From contig NC_042997.1 of NCBI RefSeq assembly GCF_006345805.1, positions 64,480,001 to 64,544,000 of the forward strand: DNA of 64,000 nucleotides, in the 5' to 3' direction. The notes under the pieces were generated by a model. The model did not search any database. It was not told where the DNA came from and worked only from the letters and a program-made list of their open reading frames with translations. The position numbers and the translations under genes were made by a program. Source of the stretch: Octopus sinensis. Its lineage: Eukaryota. This document shows positions 13,237 through 27,538 of the stretch, one piece after another; the stretch's first letter is position 1, and each line of letters starts with the position of its first letter.

Positions 13237-13437
13237 GTCAGACCATATGGGGTCCACATTTAGCATATCGGTTGTCTACCTGGTGATCATCTCTCATTTA
13301 TGGATGTAATATTTTTTTCCGAATCTTCATATTTTTCAATATGCTAGGCCACTGATTTTAAACTGATACTAATCAAATTAATATCAATTATTTAGCCTTA
13401 TTATATATATATATATATATATATATTATATTATATG

Positions 13438-13468
<31 letters not shown>

Positions 13469-14127
13469 TTGCGTCTATATATGATATATCTATATAATAT
13501 ATATAATATATAATATATATAATATATATATATATCGAAATAATCACAAAAACCGAAACGTAAAAGCTGACATCATACTGACTCAGGCGTCATTGTGATA
13601 TATAAAACTATATTCCACAGGAAGCAACTGTCCGGATAGCCTTCGATAACGTGCCAATATCCAACGAATAAGGAGCGAGAGAAGAAATAGTGAGAACGTA
13701 GAAATATTAATTTATTCTTAGTTTTTGGGAGTGAGACCGAAAAGAAATATCAATATGTAAAAAGAAAAAATACAGAAATAAAGGTACACGCATTAAGCCC
13801 TCAATTGCAAAGATATGCATGAGAAAGATGGATAGAAATAATGAATAGAAATATGAAAATACTGGAATGGAGACAGATAAAATCTAGGCACCGTAGTGGA
13901 GACTAAAATATAGAGCTAAATATTTCAAATCTAAGTTCTGATTGTAGATAAAGATAAAGAAAGAATCTGTAAGTGATTCTGGTCATTGATTTTGGAACGC
14001 ACCACCTTTGGCAAGTCTTCTAGTAACACCGACTTACTATCATATGTAAACAAGCATCCAAATACAAACACTACGCATACTCAGACACACACATATACAC
14101 ACACACAGGCACACAAATACACACGGA

Positions 14128-14182
<55 letters not shown>

Positions 14183-15370
14183 TAAGAGATGTAGATATAT
14201 ACTTACAAATAACTTAGCTGAGCATATAGCTGGTACATATACATATATAAACATAAAAATCATACATGCGTATATACACACGGGCCAACGTATACGCATA
14301 CTGTCAGCTGGTAGGTATATAGACAACAGGGAGAAAGGGAGGAAGAGGTTAAAAAATATGTAGGTGATTAACTTGTGATTTTGAAAGGTATTATGTGTAT
14401 AATAACCAAGTCTTGTAAAAAGATTCAAAATACATTCTTCATTGTAAGAAACACAAAATATAATACAATTAAATGAAATAAAGTAAGTTAAATATAGTAC
14501 AATAAGTTAAGATATGGTGATTGAGAGACATGAAAAGAGAGAGGAAAGAAAGATATTGTGAAATGATGTCAAATAAGATTTTGAAATATATATGAATTGA
14601 AAAACTATATGTGTAATTGGTAAAGAATGTGGATATTATATGGTGAAACGTTATCAAAGCAGAGAAATCAAAAGCATAGCTATTCATTATATGGGTCTGG
14701 AATTTGGATTCTTCATTGGCTCTTTGGATAAGTGTTAGGCGAAATCGAGCGAAGGTCAGAGATCAGAGTGTCCTTCCAGATTGAACCGCAACTCGCTGAG
14801 TAAGTCTCAGCTACGGTACTGCGGTGATGTGATTCAAATGCCAAAGCAAACAATCACAGAGCGAATTCCTAAGAAGACCGACGAATAGACCAGTATTGAT
14901 ATTGTAAAATATCTATCATTTCAGTTGGTCTCTATTGGGAATGCAGTTGGAAATTATAATGACAGTTGTTTCTGATATGATCCGAAAGAGAAGGTGGCTG
15001 AGGACTCTATCCACTACGAGAAGATAGAGGGATACATAACGAATAGTTAGTTTGAGAGAAGTATATGCTAATGAATTTACATGACGGTGGTCTTTTAAAA
15101 CAAGTCATCAAAAAGCCATGTTAATATGTCAGACAAGAAGACCAGAATGATTATATGTTATGCGTGTAAAAGTTATTGTGACAGAACGAGTAGTCAGCAG
15201 AATTTACCGAAACATTGAAATATACAATAAAGACACAAAAATATCAAGATCTTTTGCTTTCCGTGGGCAGGGGTATAAATTGCTGATAATAAAGCGGAGA
15301 ATAAAGAAAAAAGAATGATGTAAAATACTAACCGTACTACAAATGATAAGTAGAATGAGATAGATAAATA

Positions 15371-15438
15371 GAGAGAGAGAGAGAGAGAGAGAGAAGAAGA
15401 AGAAGAAGAAGAAGAAGAAGAAGAAGAAGAAGAAGAAG

Positions 15439-15473
<35 letters not shown>

Positions 15474-15475
15474 CG
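15371..15475. repeat. Compound (AG)n-(AAG)n-(AAC)n microsatellite
   Basis: Directly visible. Confidence 0.95.
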
Positions 15476-16458
15476 AGAAAATTCTTGGAATGAGATTCTG
15501 GGTGATAAAACATATTCCATTTAAAATTTATTCAGCCAGTTTATTTCTGAAAATTCATACAATGACAAACATGCACGCGCGCATATTGACAAACATAAAC
15601 TCGCGTGCATAGCAATGTCAAGGAAATATATAAATACACATACAACTCGTTTCTGTCCATTTTCTGTCTACTAGTTCTATGCAAATATAATTAATTCGCT
15701 AACCTCAGATGACTTAGATCCCACTCTTTGGGACTTTACACCCGACTGTGTGACTGTGAAGCGAACAACTTACTTGCAGAACCATGACGATTACTTAACC
15801 CTTAAAATTCGAGTCTTTCAATCATTTAGCGAATTTTTCAATATTTAGCGAATGATTTTTCAGATATCTTGCTAACAATCCAATCGATTATATAATAACA
15901 GTAAATAAAGTAATTATCCATAAACGTATTCACTGAAAAGGTGAAATATTTTAAGTTTGAGATGAATATAATGAAAATTATGCAGAGATTGTAAAAAGAA
16001 GAAGTAGATACAAAAGTAGATTTAAAAGAAATATAAAGAAACAATGCGAAACACAGAAAATCATTAAGATTCTGAAACTTTGTTGACATTATAAAGACAT
16101 TTCCAAGGTCTCTGTACGAGATTATTCTGGCGTATTAGTATGTGTACGCAGGCATATGCAAGCACGGGATTGCGCAACTTCACATCAGTGTGTTCATGGA
16201 TGTTAGTGTTTGTGTTTGTGCCAGATCTTGCGTCGTGTTTGTTCACGCGCTTGTTTGCGCGTGCACGATGGAGTCATATGCGTGTGTGTATCACATGAAT
16301 AGAGAACAAGGCAAATTGAAAAGTGAAAGATGGAGAATATGACGTACTCAATTTATTTCTCCTTCCATTTAAATATTTCAATGCGATTCGAAGAAATATT
16401 CTTTCATTAAAACGAAATTCATTATTTACATATGTGCATATGTGTACGTGTGTGTAGA

Positions 16459-16494
<36 letters not shown>

Positions 16495-16496
<2 letters not shown>

Positions 16497-16840
16497 ATAT
16501 ATGAACTCCCATAGGAATGTACATACTACAGTCTAGAAACCCGTCTACCCATTCTGCACAGCAGTTTCTTCAGATAAATGAATTGCAAATGTAACACCCT
16601 ACATATAGTTTTTCTTTTATTTTTATACTCTTAGTTTCCTTTATACTTCCTATATCCCTCCTTTTCCAAAATAACTCCTTATATCGAACTCTACTATTTC
16701 CCTCTATTTAACTCTCTCATATCGTCTCTGATGAAGGAATATCCCTTATATCCCAGAAACAGCGATAAGACAGTATTTCTTTTTATAAATGTCCTGAAAA
16801 TTCTACAGAGCTTTGGTTTTGTTGTCTCTTTTTATTTAAA

Positions 16841-16850
<10 letters not shown>
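16495..16850 (+). mobile_element. TA-flanked non-coding element carrying a decayed HHR
   Basis: Lies between (TA)n at 16460-16494 and (CA)n(TA)n at 16850; pyrimidine-rich leader, HHR motif, T-rich tail. Confidence 0.5.
16724..16771 (+). ncRNA. Type I hammerhead motif, partly decayed
   Basis: GUCU-CUGAUGA-AGGAAUAUCCCUUAUAUCCCA-GAAA-CAGCGA-U-A-AGAC; stem I GUCU/AGAC; imperfect stems II and III. Confidence 0.55.
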
Positions 16851-16874
<24 letters not shown>

Positions 16875-16932
16875 TATATATATGAATGAAAGAGTTAGAT
16901 GAATAGAAAGATAGATATACGCATAAACATAC

Positions 16933-16963
<31 letters not shown>

Positions 16964-17016
16964 GATATGCATATATATATGTATATATGCATACACATAT
17001 ACATATATATATATAA

Positions 17017-17062
<46 letters not shown>

Positions 17063-17824
17063 GCGTATATAAATTGTAACAGTGGATGTCACGATTAGTT
17101 GAACGATAACTGGATGTCTTCTGACATGCCTGTTTACACGTGGATTCTCAAGTGATAAAGCAGCAACAATGAATGTCATGGGAAAAAGATATATGGTAAT
17201 TGATGAGCTGCGTTTGGCGTAGTAGCGACATTATTACTCTTAGAAATAACTGTTATTAGGAATGGAAGCTAGTTCTATATATATCACATGAGACTTGGAG
17301 GCTCATGACATATATAACCATGACACTAAGTCATGGTTGTATATTGTCGCATAGAATCTGCCGAATTGAAATTATTTATTTGTTGCCATTAAGCGATGCC
17401 GTTACTATGAGTGTTTGCTTTGAACGTTACCCTAGCTCAATTCGGTCCATATTTGTCAGCTTGGCAATTAAAGGTCTGTAATAGATCCATGATATAATTC
17501 AATTTAATATGAAGAGCCAGACAGTTGGGTCATGTTGCATAATCCCTGAAATCCAGTTTGCAATTGCAGAAAATGATTTATGATGCTCAAAATTCAGCCT
17601 CAGCCTAAAGTTCTGCAACATGTTAAATTTAAGAATACAAAATATCCGCATTCACAATACAAAATATCTTTATTCATGTGTTCTCTGAAAGCACGAAAAT
17701 CAAACACGATGCCGGGTCATATATTTAGATAAGCAGCATTTGATTGTTCTTTACGATATATCATCAAATTACTGACGATTATGCAGGAAGTTAATTTAAT
17801 TCAATGAGTGTATGTATATATATA

Positions 17825-18279
17825 TTGTTGTTGGCATCTTTTTTGTCTCGGGAGACAATGGAGTTGCGCATAAAGTAGTCTAGTCCGGCTTTTACATTTC
17901 ATGTCCTGATACATTTCCTGCTGTGGCTGTGTAGTCCTATCCTGGACAAACACTCGCTCTGGCAGGTACCGTAATTGTAGCGAAGAATGTTCCTGGCTGG
18001 TTGTAATGCCATAGTTTCTTGTTGACGTCTTTTCTTGTCTTTCCATTTTTCCTCTCTTTCTCTGTCACTCCTTTGTATTCCCTCTTTTACGGTACAGTCG
18101 CCATGATAGATCGTTAGCCACTACACACATTTTTTCTTTCCTTGTTTTTTTCTGTGTCCCTTTCTGTAGAAGAGTAGGCTCGAAACTTAAAAGACTTTTT
18201 CTATTCCTGAGCGTTATACTAATAGCTCTTTTTTTTATACACCACCTGTCTTCGTCTTTTGTTTTTTTTCGTAAACTCT

Positions 18280-18282
<3 letters not shown>
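17825..18282 (+). mobile_element. Dispersed TA-flanked element (family D) with variant HHR-like motif
   Basis: Homologous pieces at 28310-28471 (+), 60813-60928 (-) and 62845-63043 (+); motif CTTT-CTGTAGAA-GAG TAGG CTC-GAAACTT-AAAAGAC at 18156-18195; ends at (TA)n. Confidence 0.7.
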
Positions 18283-18344
<62 letters not shown>

Positions 18345-19142
18345 ATATTATATACTAGTTTGCATCCACGAAAGACTGCTTAAATATATATATATATACA
18401 TATATACATATATATATATGTATATATATATATGTGTGTGTGTGTGATTATATTAACACACATACCTTTCCATAAATATATATATGTATATACATGCAGT
18501 AACGTATGTACATTTTTACATACCGTGATCTATATAAAAAGTGCAAATCATTAATTTTCACGTAACTTTTAAAGGCATGGGCCAACTATTATTTATGCAA
18601 ATATATGGAAACACCATGCTGTTCTCTGGAGCACTTTTATGACTTTTCTAACATAACTATGCATAATACAGGCTCAGACAGAACGGTTCATACACACATA
18701 CACACGAGCACACGCACACATGCACACACACATATGCACACTCACATACAGACAGACACACACACATTTATATATCTGCATCTGCGATTGCTTCCATATG
18801 GGTTTGTTTCCAATTTATCTTGTGGTACAAATTAATATCAGCGCTTAATTTAACTGCAATAGGTACGCGTAATTTCTTGTGAAATTAGTGAAAATGATAC
18901 TACTTTAATAAGGATGTGATATGGCTCTAATGCTATACATGGCGCGTGGTTGAATAAATCTATGTTCAACCCCTATACCTCTTGAATTTAAGCTTTTATA
19001 TATATACTCCTCAAATGATAATTTATCTCTTGGATTTCTGGATTTTCAGTTAAATGGACCCTTTACTTTATGTAAGCAATTATTATGTGGACTGACGAAT
19101 TGAGTCCATACAAGAAGTTTACTATGACGTGTGCACGTGCGT

Positions 19143-19234
<92 letters not shown>

Positions 19235-20139
19235 TGTGTGCGAGTGTGTGTGTGTGTGTGTTTATAATATCTTTTGTACGAGTATGAAACTGCATATTCT
19301 AACAAAATATTCAATGTAAATCTTAATTATTTTCGCGGAGAGAAAGAAAGCAGGGGAGACGCCTTCAAGAAATGTACACGCTGTTAGAATACAATGAAAA
19401 TGTGTTGGAGGGAGAGTATGGTATTGCTGCAAGTACGAGCCATAAATAAAATTATTTGATGTTGTAGAAGAATTTGATGTGAGAATAAAATGATGTTTTT
19501 AATACAGATTCAACAAAAAGCAAAAGAGTAAATTGTCGAAAATCACAGCCTTGTTTGTTCCTGGTGTTTTTTGATTGATTAAAATACAAATTGGTTCTAA
19601 TGTTTCTAAGGGTTTTTTTTCCATATATAGATCGCATACCTGCTGCTTCCCATGAGAATGTTTGAATGTTTTCAAACCATTTTGAAAATGAATTCTTTAG
19701 ATGGAGGTAAACATACAGAAAGTGAAAGAATGTTAACACGGTGAACCTCACCACCAGTATAATAAATTTATATTATCTAGTGACCTTGAATAAGATATAC
19801 ATTGCTGCAAATTTTAATTTGCTTTTATTATTATATTTACTAATTATCTTTTCATTAAAGATATAGTCAATGTGGTATTTCAAACAGGATCTTAAGCTGT
19901 TTGCAATATGTTACAAAGGTGAATTACGAATCAAATTTAAGAGATGTACATTCCTACGACAATGCAAATGGATGTACACAATATTTTGCTTTATTAATCT
20001 GTATTCACGTTTAGCTTGATCATGAAATCACCGATTTAACAGGTAGATATTAACACGTTTAAGACAGAAAAAGAATGACTGGGACCTAGTTGGATACATT
20101 TACGTTCTGAGATTAATAGAAATAAAATTCTCCTCTGAA

Positions 20140-20366
20140 GCCAATGCCAAACGCATGTGGGCTGGTTTCCCTGTTTGAATGGCGTATATATTCCCCACCT
20201 GGATGGGAAGCCGGTCCATCACAGCATTACTCATTTTTGCCATTTGAATGGACTGGAGCAGCGTGAAATGGATGTTTTTATCAAGAATACAACGCGTCAT
20301 GGAATCGAAACCACAATCTTGCGATCATTAGCCCAACATCTAAACAACTAAGCCAGACGCCTCCAC
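20140..20366 (-). mobile_element. tRNA-derived SINE, second copy of the 10373 family
   Basis: Reverse complement begins GTGGAGGCGTCTGGCTTAGTTG...GGTTTCGATTCC and aligns through CCATCCAGGTGGGGAA. Confidence 0.8.
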
Positions 20367-20780
20367 ACGCTCTGAGACAGCATCTCATAAATTTGAATTA
20401 TTTTCCTCATTACGTTCAGAAAAAGCTCGAACTTGTTAATTTTGGTTTTCTTGTTAAGAAGCGACTGGGATCGACAAACATGATGAACATCAGAATGTTC
20501 TAGTCATGATTATCTCGTCCCCTAGGCAGTTGGTTTGTGAAGATAACTTTGTTTAGCGATCCCTATATTTTCAGTCGCTCAATCGATCACCTGATATGAT
20601 TGAATCAATAACCCACCCAAACGCATATTTTAAAGATCTGAAAGACTCTAAAATATAAGTAAATGTATATAACCTGTTATTATATCTAATTTCTATTTCC
20701 TTTATCAATATGTATATATCATTCTAACCACACACACATATGCACACTCACACACAGACACATACATACACACATTACAT

Positions 20781-20803
20781 GTATATATATATATAATATA
20801 TAT

Positions 20804-20849
<46 letters not shown>

Positions 20850-21010
20850 TAGATAGATAGATAGATACATACATACATACATACATACATACATACATAC
20901 ATACATACATACATACATACATACTACATACATACATACATACATAGATGGATAGATATATAGATAGATAGATATAATCTATCTATATCTATCTATCTCT
21001 CTCTATATAT
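20781..21010. repeat. Compound (TA)n-(TAGA)n-(TACA)n microsatellite
   Basis: Directly visible. Confidence 0.95.
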
Positions 21011-23647
21011 ATATACATATATATATATACACACATCCATACAAGCAAGAACGCATATTTGTGTGTGCGTGTGTGACTGCGTGTATTAGTGTGTGCGTGT
21101 GTGACTGCGTGTATTAGTGTGTGTGTGTGCGTGTGTGCGCGTGTGTGTGTGTGTGCGTGCGTGTGTGTGTGTGTAGATATGCGCTTACACTATGACGACC
21201 GCCAATACACGTGGTTTGTCCACATTCCTTTTAACGTGCGATTTCAGAAAATCTGATATCACACTTAAATCCAAAGGATGCCTGCATTAAATTTTCAGAA
21301 ACTACAACTCAGTACTAGGACTTAAGTATTTTAGATCTAATATAATATATTATAAGCCTTCTGCATTGAGTGGAATTTTATATGTAACTATAACGTCTGA
21401 ATTGTGATTAGGTATTAATTTGACAATTCATTGAGATTTAATATAAGTTGTTGCTAGAATCTCTGGTACAGAATTCCATACAGATTCACAAGATTGTTAC
21501 ATTAGACATTGACTATTTCTAACGTGTAGTCTTGAATGATCTGCCATGTATTGAACACATTTGCGATGCAGTGTACATATTGGCATTCAGTAATTCACAT
21601 ATTCAAGATAATGTTTAATGATACGTTTAAAGAGAGTGTTCTGCGTTTCAGTGATAAATAAATTGCTTAGTGCTTTCGCACATGTTTAAACATGCGTGTT
21701 TATACGAAAGTGTAATTATGTAAATAAATAGTTTCACATTAAAATGGAATTCATTTCGTGAAACTGTTAAGTGTCTGAGAGGTCATTAACGCGAGGTTTC
21801 ATTCAATTAAGCTCTATGAACTAAGATTAATTAAACATCTATTATTTACTTCACAGTTTTCAAGATCATCTAGAGATATAATTTAAAGTGACTCGCAAAA
21901 TGCAAATCACATTATCATATTTTATATATTAAGCAACACTTGCATCAGTATATAATATGGCATTTCGATATGGAAACAAACAAAGCAATATTAATAGCGC
22001 TTATGAATGAGATATATGTATATGCATTTTAGAAATATAGCTGGAATATTCAGCAATATACTACACTATACTAGATCAATTACTTAAATAGTTCCACACC
22101 AAATAAAATCAACACTGCAATAGGTCATTTTAGAGTCCTTAAGCCAAAAGAAATGTAAGAAGAGTGTACAGAAGCGCAGGTAAGCATCCAACAGGCCGAT
22201 ATTGACGAAGAGTTTTCCATTCCTTGCTGAATTATTTGTACATTGTACATGAAAAATTATACATTAATAAAAAAGCAAGATGATGTGCGAATGACGCTAT
22301 CTACCGAAATCTAATTACATAAAAATGGAATTGTCCATTGGCAATAAATATAAATAAAATCATGACAGTTCTTTCCCCGCCTAATGATCTTTTAGAAAGA
22401 ACCAAACTATAATAAGGCATTCTGGTATTCATCATTAACAATTCGCATATATTTTTACAAGAGGGATGTGTGTCTTTTTAAGTTCTGCTGATTAATTGTA
22501 CCATATGCACTTGTTTAAATAGTCTGCTTTCGACGGACACACTATCACATACATGCAAATACACAAACATAGACATGTATATAGGGCTGCACATGCGTGC
22601 ATGAATGTACGTTTGTGAATATATATGTATGTAATAGTATGTGAGTCGATAATAATGTTACTAAGCATGATTTTATACTACACGTCCAATAAATGTCGTT
22701 TGTTTCAAAATTGATGCCTGCGTGAAAACAATGGCAAGTAATAAGTCATCATATATTCACAAATATTTATAATCTTGTACATAAATTCATATATATGTGT
22801 GTGTGTGTGTGTGTGTGTATAAATATATTTATGTGTCTGTGCTCCTGTGTTTGTGTAAAGTTGTTACTCACCCAATAAACAACGTCTATATGTAAGTTTA
22901 ATGTACGTCAATTTCGTTTTCATTTACGAAATGACTAGTAAATCATTTCTGGTGCAAATCAGACCAGTTATAGTACTAAATTCACTACATTTTAAGTGCT
23001 ATGCATAGCAATACATGTGTGCGTGTATCTGTGTGTCACTGTGATTGAAGAAATCATAGATCTATGAAGTATTTTGTGTCTATACATCTGCGTATAGTAA
23101 TAGCCTCACAAGATTTAAACGTTGTAGATTGTAGCATTTACAAATTTGGAAGTAAATATGTTAAGTTGCAGATTTCAGCAGTAATTTTCCTTAAGCAATT
23201 ATTGAAGAATGTGCTACTATCAATTGGATAGGACGTTTTATTTCGCATATACTGGATTTATTATAGCTGCATGACAACCCCATATTCAAAAACCATTCAT
23301 GTATTTAACAGGATCAGGTTATCAATTGCAGCGCTTTTATTTAGCGCACGCGATTTTACACATCGTATTGAAGGAGGGCAAATATTATACCCTTTGAGAC
23401 AAAATAGATGTGTTTATCATATCATCTGAGCATAGAACATAAGAATTACAGTTTTTTCTCATCTACACAGAGGAGGAAACACGTGAAACATTTACTAACT
23501 CCCTCAAAACATTGTAAGTCCATGATGTTTTACTTGCATATTGCAATGCAAATATCGTACCTCGTTTGGTTCCACATTTGAAAACATCAGTACATTTTAA
23601 TACGTACGAAACAAAGGAAAAAGAAAACGTTCGAATTTCAATGCGTA

Positions 23648-23850
<203 letters not shown>

Positions 23851-25744
23851 GGAGAAAGGGAGAAAAATAGACAGAGAGATACATATATAAGTAGATAGAT
23901 AGATGGATCGAAACACACATGAATATATGTATATATGGATATATTAAGGTGCGTGTATATATATATATGTGTGTGTGTGTGTGTATGTGTGTTTGTGCGC
24001 GCGCGCGTGTGTGTGCATGTATTGATATACCTAACTTTTAAAATTTTGAATGTACGTCTATTTATCAGACAGCGTAATTTTGTTTTAATAAATATGTATC
24101 TATAAAATTTATACATGTAGTATATATATATATATATCATTAATGCTACTTAGAACCTATACAAACACGCATGCATCCATATTGCATTCATTGATGCCTT
24201 CTCGTTGACGTATTGATTAGAAAGTACAAATGTATGTGTGTATATACACGTAAATATACAGAGAGAGCGAGAAAGTGAAAAGAAAGGCGTAAAACAGAAC
24301 GAGAGAGTGAGAGAGAGAGAAAGAGAGAGGGAGAAAGCGGTATCTGCATGCTAATATAATAATATAATAGATACAATATAGCGTGACGTATATATAAATC
24401 TAGTCATGTAAATGGGGAAAAAACATTAAAAAACCCTACAAATTACAACTTCGGTTGATCTTACTTTTGTACAGGAAATAATTAAGGGATTATATATAAA
24501 TATGTAAGACACTGACGATGTACCGGAGAATGTGTTCAGCATGTGCATTGAACTTAACAACAGGTAGTGTCATTTATTTGATTACAAGCCTCTTAAACTT
24601 TTATTCAACGGAACTGCATCTTATACTAAGGCATGCTTAATTAAAAGGAAAGCTATTTAAATTGCATTTCACCTGCGTACATAAAATACAATTATTGAAA
24701 TATTTTGTTAGAATTTTACATATGTTTGTTATATGGATTTTTTCTTATCTCATTTTCGTACATTTTAAAAATATTTATTCTTCTCTTTTGTCTTTTATTA
24801 TTATCAGGATTTAAGTTATTTTATTGGCTGCATCGTTAGAGAATTGTGAAAAATATCTAGCGATATTTCTGCTGCATTTTTATGATATGAGATCAAATCA
24901 AGCCGGAGTCAGCATACCCATTCTTCCCTAACCGGTTCATTAAATATAAAACCAAACAAGTGCTTTTGATCGATTTAGTCTTTCTCCTTACAATGTACCT
25001 AAATTACAAATCACATGTAGCACTTTTTTCCCTAGTATTGATTCCTTGGTGGGTTTAACATTACAAGCATTTAGAAAACGGTGGTTCAACTCCGGTTAAC
25101 TTCAGTCCCACACCGGCAACTCCGGTTCAACTCCGGTTTAAAGAGACCCAAAACTGGAATTTTCTTAGATGGTATGGTCTTATTAGTTGAAGGAAAAAAT
25201 GTGGCTGCTAATTCTACAAGCCTAGTAAATATTCTGATACTAAAACACAGTTATGGTAAGTTGTAAAAGAAAGCGCAACGTTCATATATGTCAACAGGAT
25301 TATAAAACTAGTTACGAAAAGCAGTTCAAGCAACAACCTCTGATTGAAGGAAAATGTTGGCTCTCCATTCGCAAACAAAATTCGAAACTAGCTGTCATTC
25401 GTACCCGTCTATAACGATTTAGCGAAGGATGGAATCAAATTTATCAGGATTTGAAACTGAAGATGTCAGTTCAGGAAGAAATCGACGAGAAAATAATTTA
25501 TACTTAGACATTAAACTAGTTCTGGTGATATATTCGATTTTAGAAATAAAATTCTGGATAGATGGACATATATCGCAGCAAATACTACAATAAATTTTGA
25601 CGAATATGGATGCTAAGTTAACAAACATTTTAATCCATTTACGTGCACAGATAAATATGTTGATTAATATTCAGACTCAAAGATGGAAGAACTATACATA
25701 TGTTTAAATGCCTGTGTGACCGTCTATATGCCTTGTCTATATGT

Positions 25745-25889
25745 AATCTCCTTGTCTGATGTAATCTCCAGGGATACAGGCATCCAGCAACAGGACCTCC
25801 GTAATGCTATGATGGACCGTGAACTCTGGCGTAACATAGTAAATTCCATTGTCTCGACCACAGTCGAACAATGATGATGATGATGATGA
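25745..25889 (+). mobile_element. 5'-truncated RTE-clade LINE 3' end with (TGA)n tail and 12-bp TSD
   Basis: Encodes DVISRDTGIQQQDLRNAMMDRELWRNIVNSIVSTTVEQ* (RTE-type C-terminus DR..WR..V); TSD TTGTCTATATGT at 25733-25744 and 25890-25901. Confidence 0.85.
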
Positions 25890-25989
25890 TTGTCTATATG
25901 TCTTGCATGTGTATTTGTATGTGTGCTCAAGTGTGTTGTACATCCCCATTTAAAAACCTGAGAGAACCACAAGGCAAAATGCACGCATA

Positions 25990-26027
<38 letters not shown>

Positions 26028-27090
26028 TATACATATGTATGCACGCACACACGCACACACATATGCACACACGTATATCTATATACAAGATATATGGTTT
26101 TATGTGTATACGTAATTGTATATTAAGACGAATATATTAAAGAAAATACTTGTTCATGTATGCATGTTTGAACAGGGATACAGAGAAACGATTGGAAATT
26201 TGATAACAGATAAGTAAAAAATATCACCTGAGAAATGAAATAAGAGGAAAATTGCAAGAAACGAATAATATCGAAAAACCGGCATAGAAGTATCGACAAA
26301 GAAAATGCAATGTAAATATGGAATATCAACCGTTTCTACAATCACCAGATCTAATAAATAATGAATGATAAAAACACCAACACACAAAGACACGGACGTA
26401 CGCACACACAAGTCCAGAGACGCACGTCAACGTATATATATATACACATACATACACACTTATATATGCGTGTGTTTATGTGTGCATGTATTTATAGAAA
26501 TTTAGACTTGTCTAGATTAAAAAACACAGAACATAAAAGATAAATAAATATTAAAGGAAAATACATTGAGTGAAATTTAATAAAAGGAGGGATATAGCAG
26601 AAAATGAAACAAAAACTACCAACCCAAAGATTCCATATGGTTAAATATAGCTAAACAGATAAAAATATGTATGAAATAATGAAGTCGTGCAATGCATTTA
26701 GTAATTAAAGATTTAATATTGAGCATGATATGAGATGTGCAGTGAAAGTACTGATTCATCATGTACGTGGTGTGAGTGGTAATGCACTTAAAACACACAC
26801 TCAAGCTCTTTCATTCACTTACCTCATACTTCTTACACTCACGTTTTCCTTCTTTACCTTTTCATTCCTATCTCAGTACATTCCCAATCTCACCAACCAC
26901 CCTCTCTCTCTCTCTCTTATTCAATATCTCTTTATACCATTTTCCCAGTCTCTCAATCTCTATTGCTATGCTTAGCGTTCTATAACATTTCTTCTTTTTC
27001 ATCCTTCACTTAATTTCTCATGCAATTCAATTCTCTTTGTTGAAATTCTCTCCTATAATACATTATTACTCGTCCCAATTTCTCGTCTAG

Positions 27091-27177
<87 letters not shown>

Positions 27178-27352
27178 AATAATGATAATAATAATAATGA
27201 AAAGAAGAAGAAGAAGCAGAAGAAGAAGAAGAAGAAGAAGAAGAAGAAGAAGAAGAAGAAGAAGAAGAAGAAGAAGAAGAGAAGAAGAAGCAGAAGAAGA
27301 AGAAGAAAGAAGAAGAAAAAAAAGGAAGAAGAAGAACAACAACAACAACAAA
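27091..27352. repeat. Compound (AAT)n-(AAG)n-(AAC)n microsatellite
   Basis: Directly visible. Confidence 0.95.
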
Positions 27353-27538
27353 AATAAAATATGTAGCAGGAAAGTGAAAGCAGTAACAGGGGGGAAATGC
27401 CATGATGCATAAAAGCAAAGCGTTGTGCTTAAATGTACGCATAAAATAGCTAAAGAGATATGCTGTATAAATAGTAAAACCCAACTATCGATGATATAAC
27501 TCTTCTTCCTCGCATGTGCGTATATAAATGTATATATA

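Noticed and set aside
13533-13680. TA-abutting block containing CCGAAACGTAAAAG like family D
   Set aside because: No CUGANGA-type core or stem I partner on either strand
14780-14799. 20-nt micro-exon (CCTTCCAG...GA|GTAAGT) with an upstream CCAAT-like box
   Set aside because: Short polypyrimidine tract and no independent support
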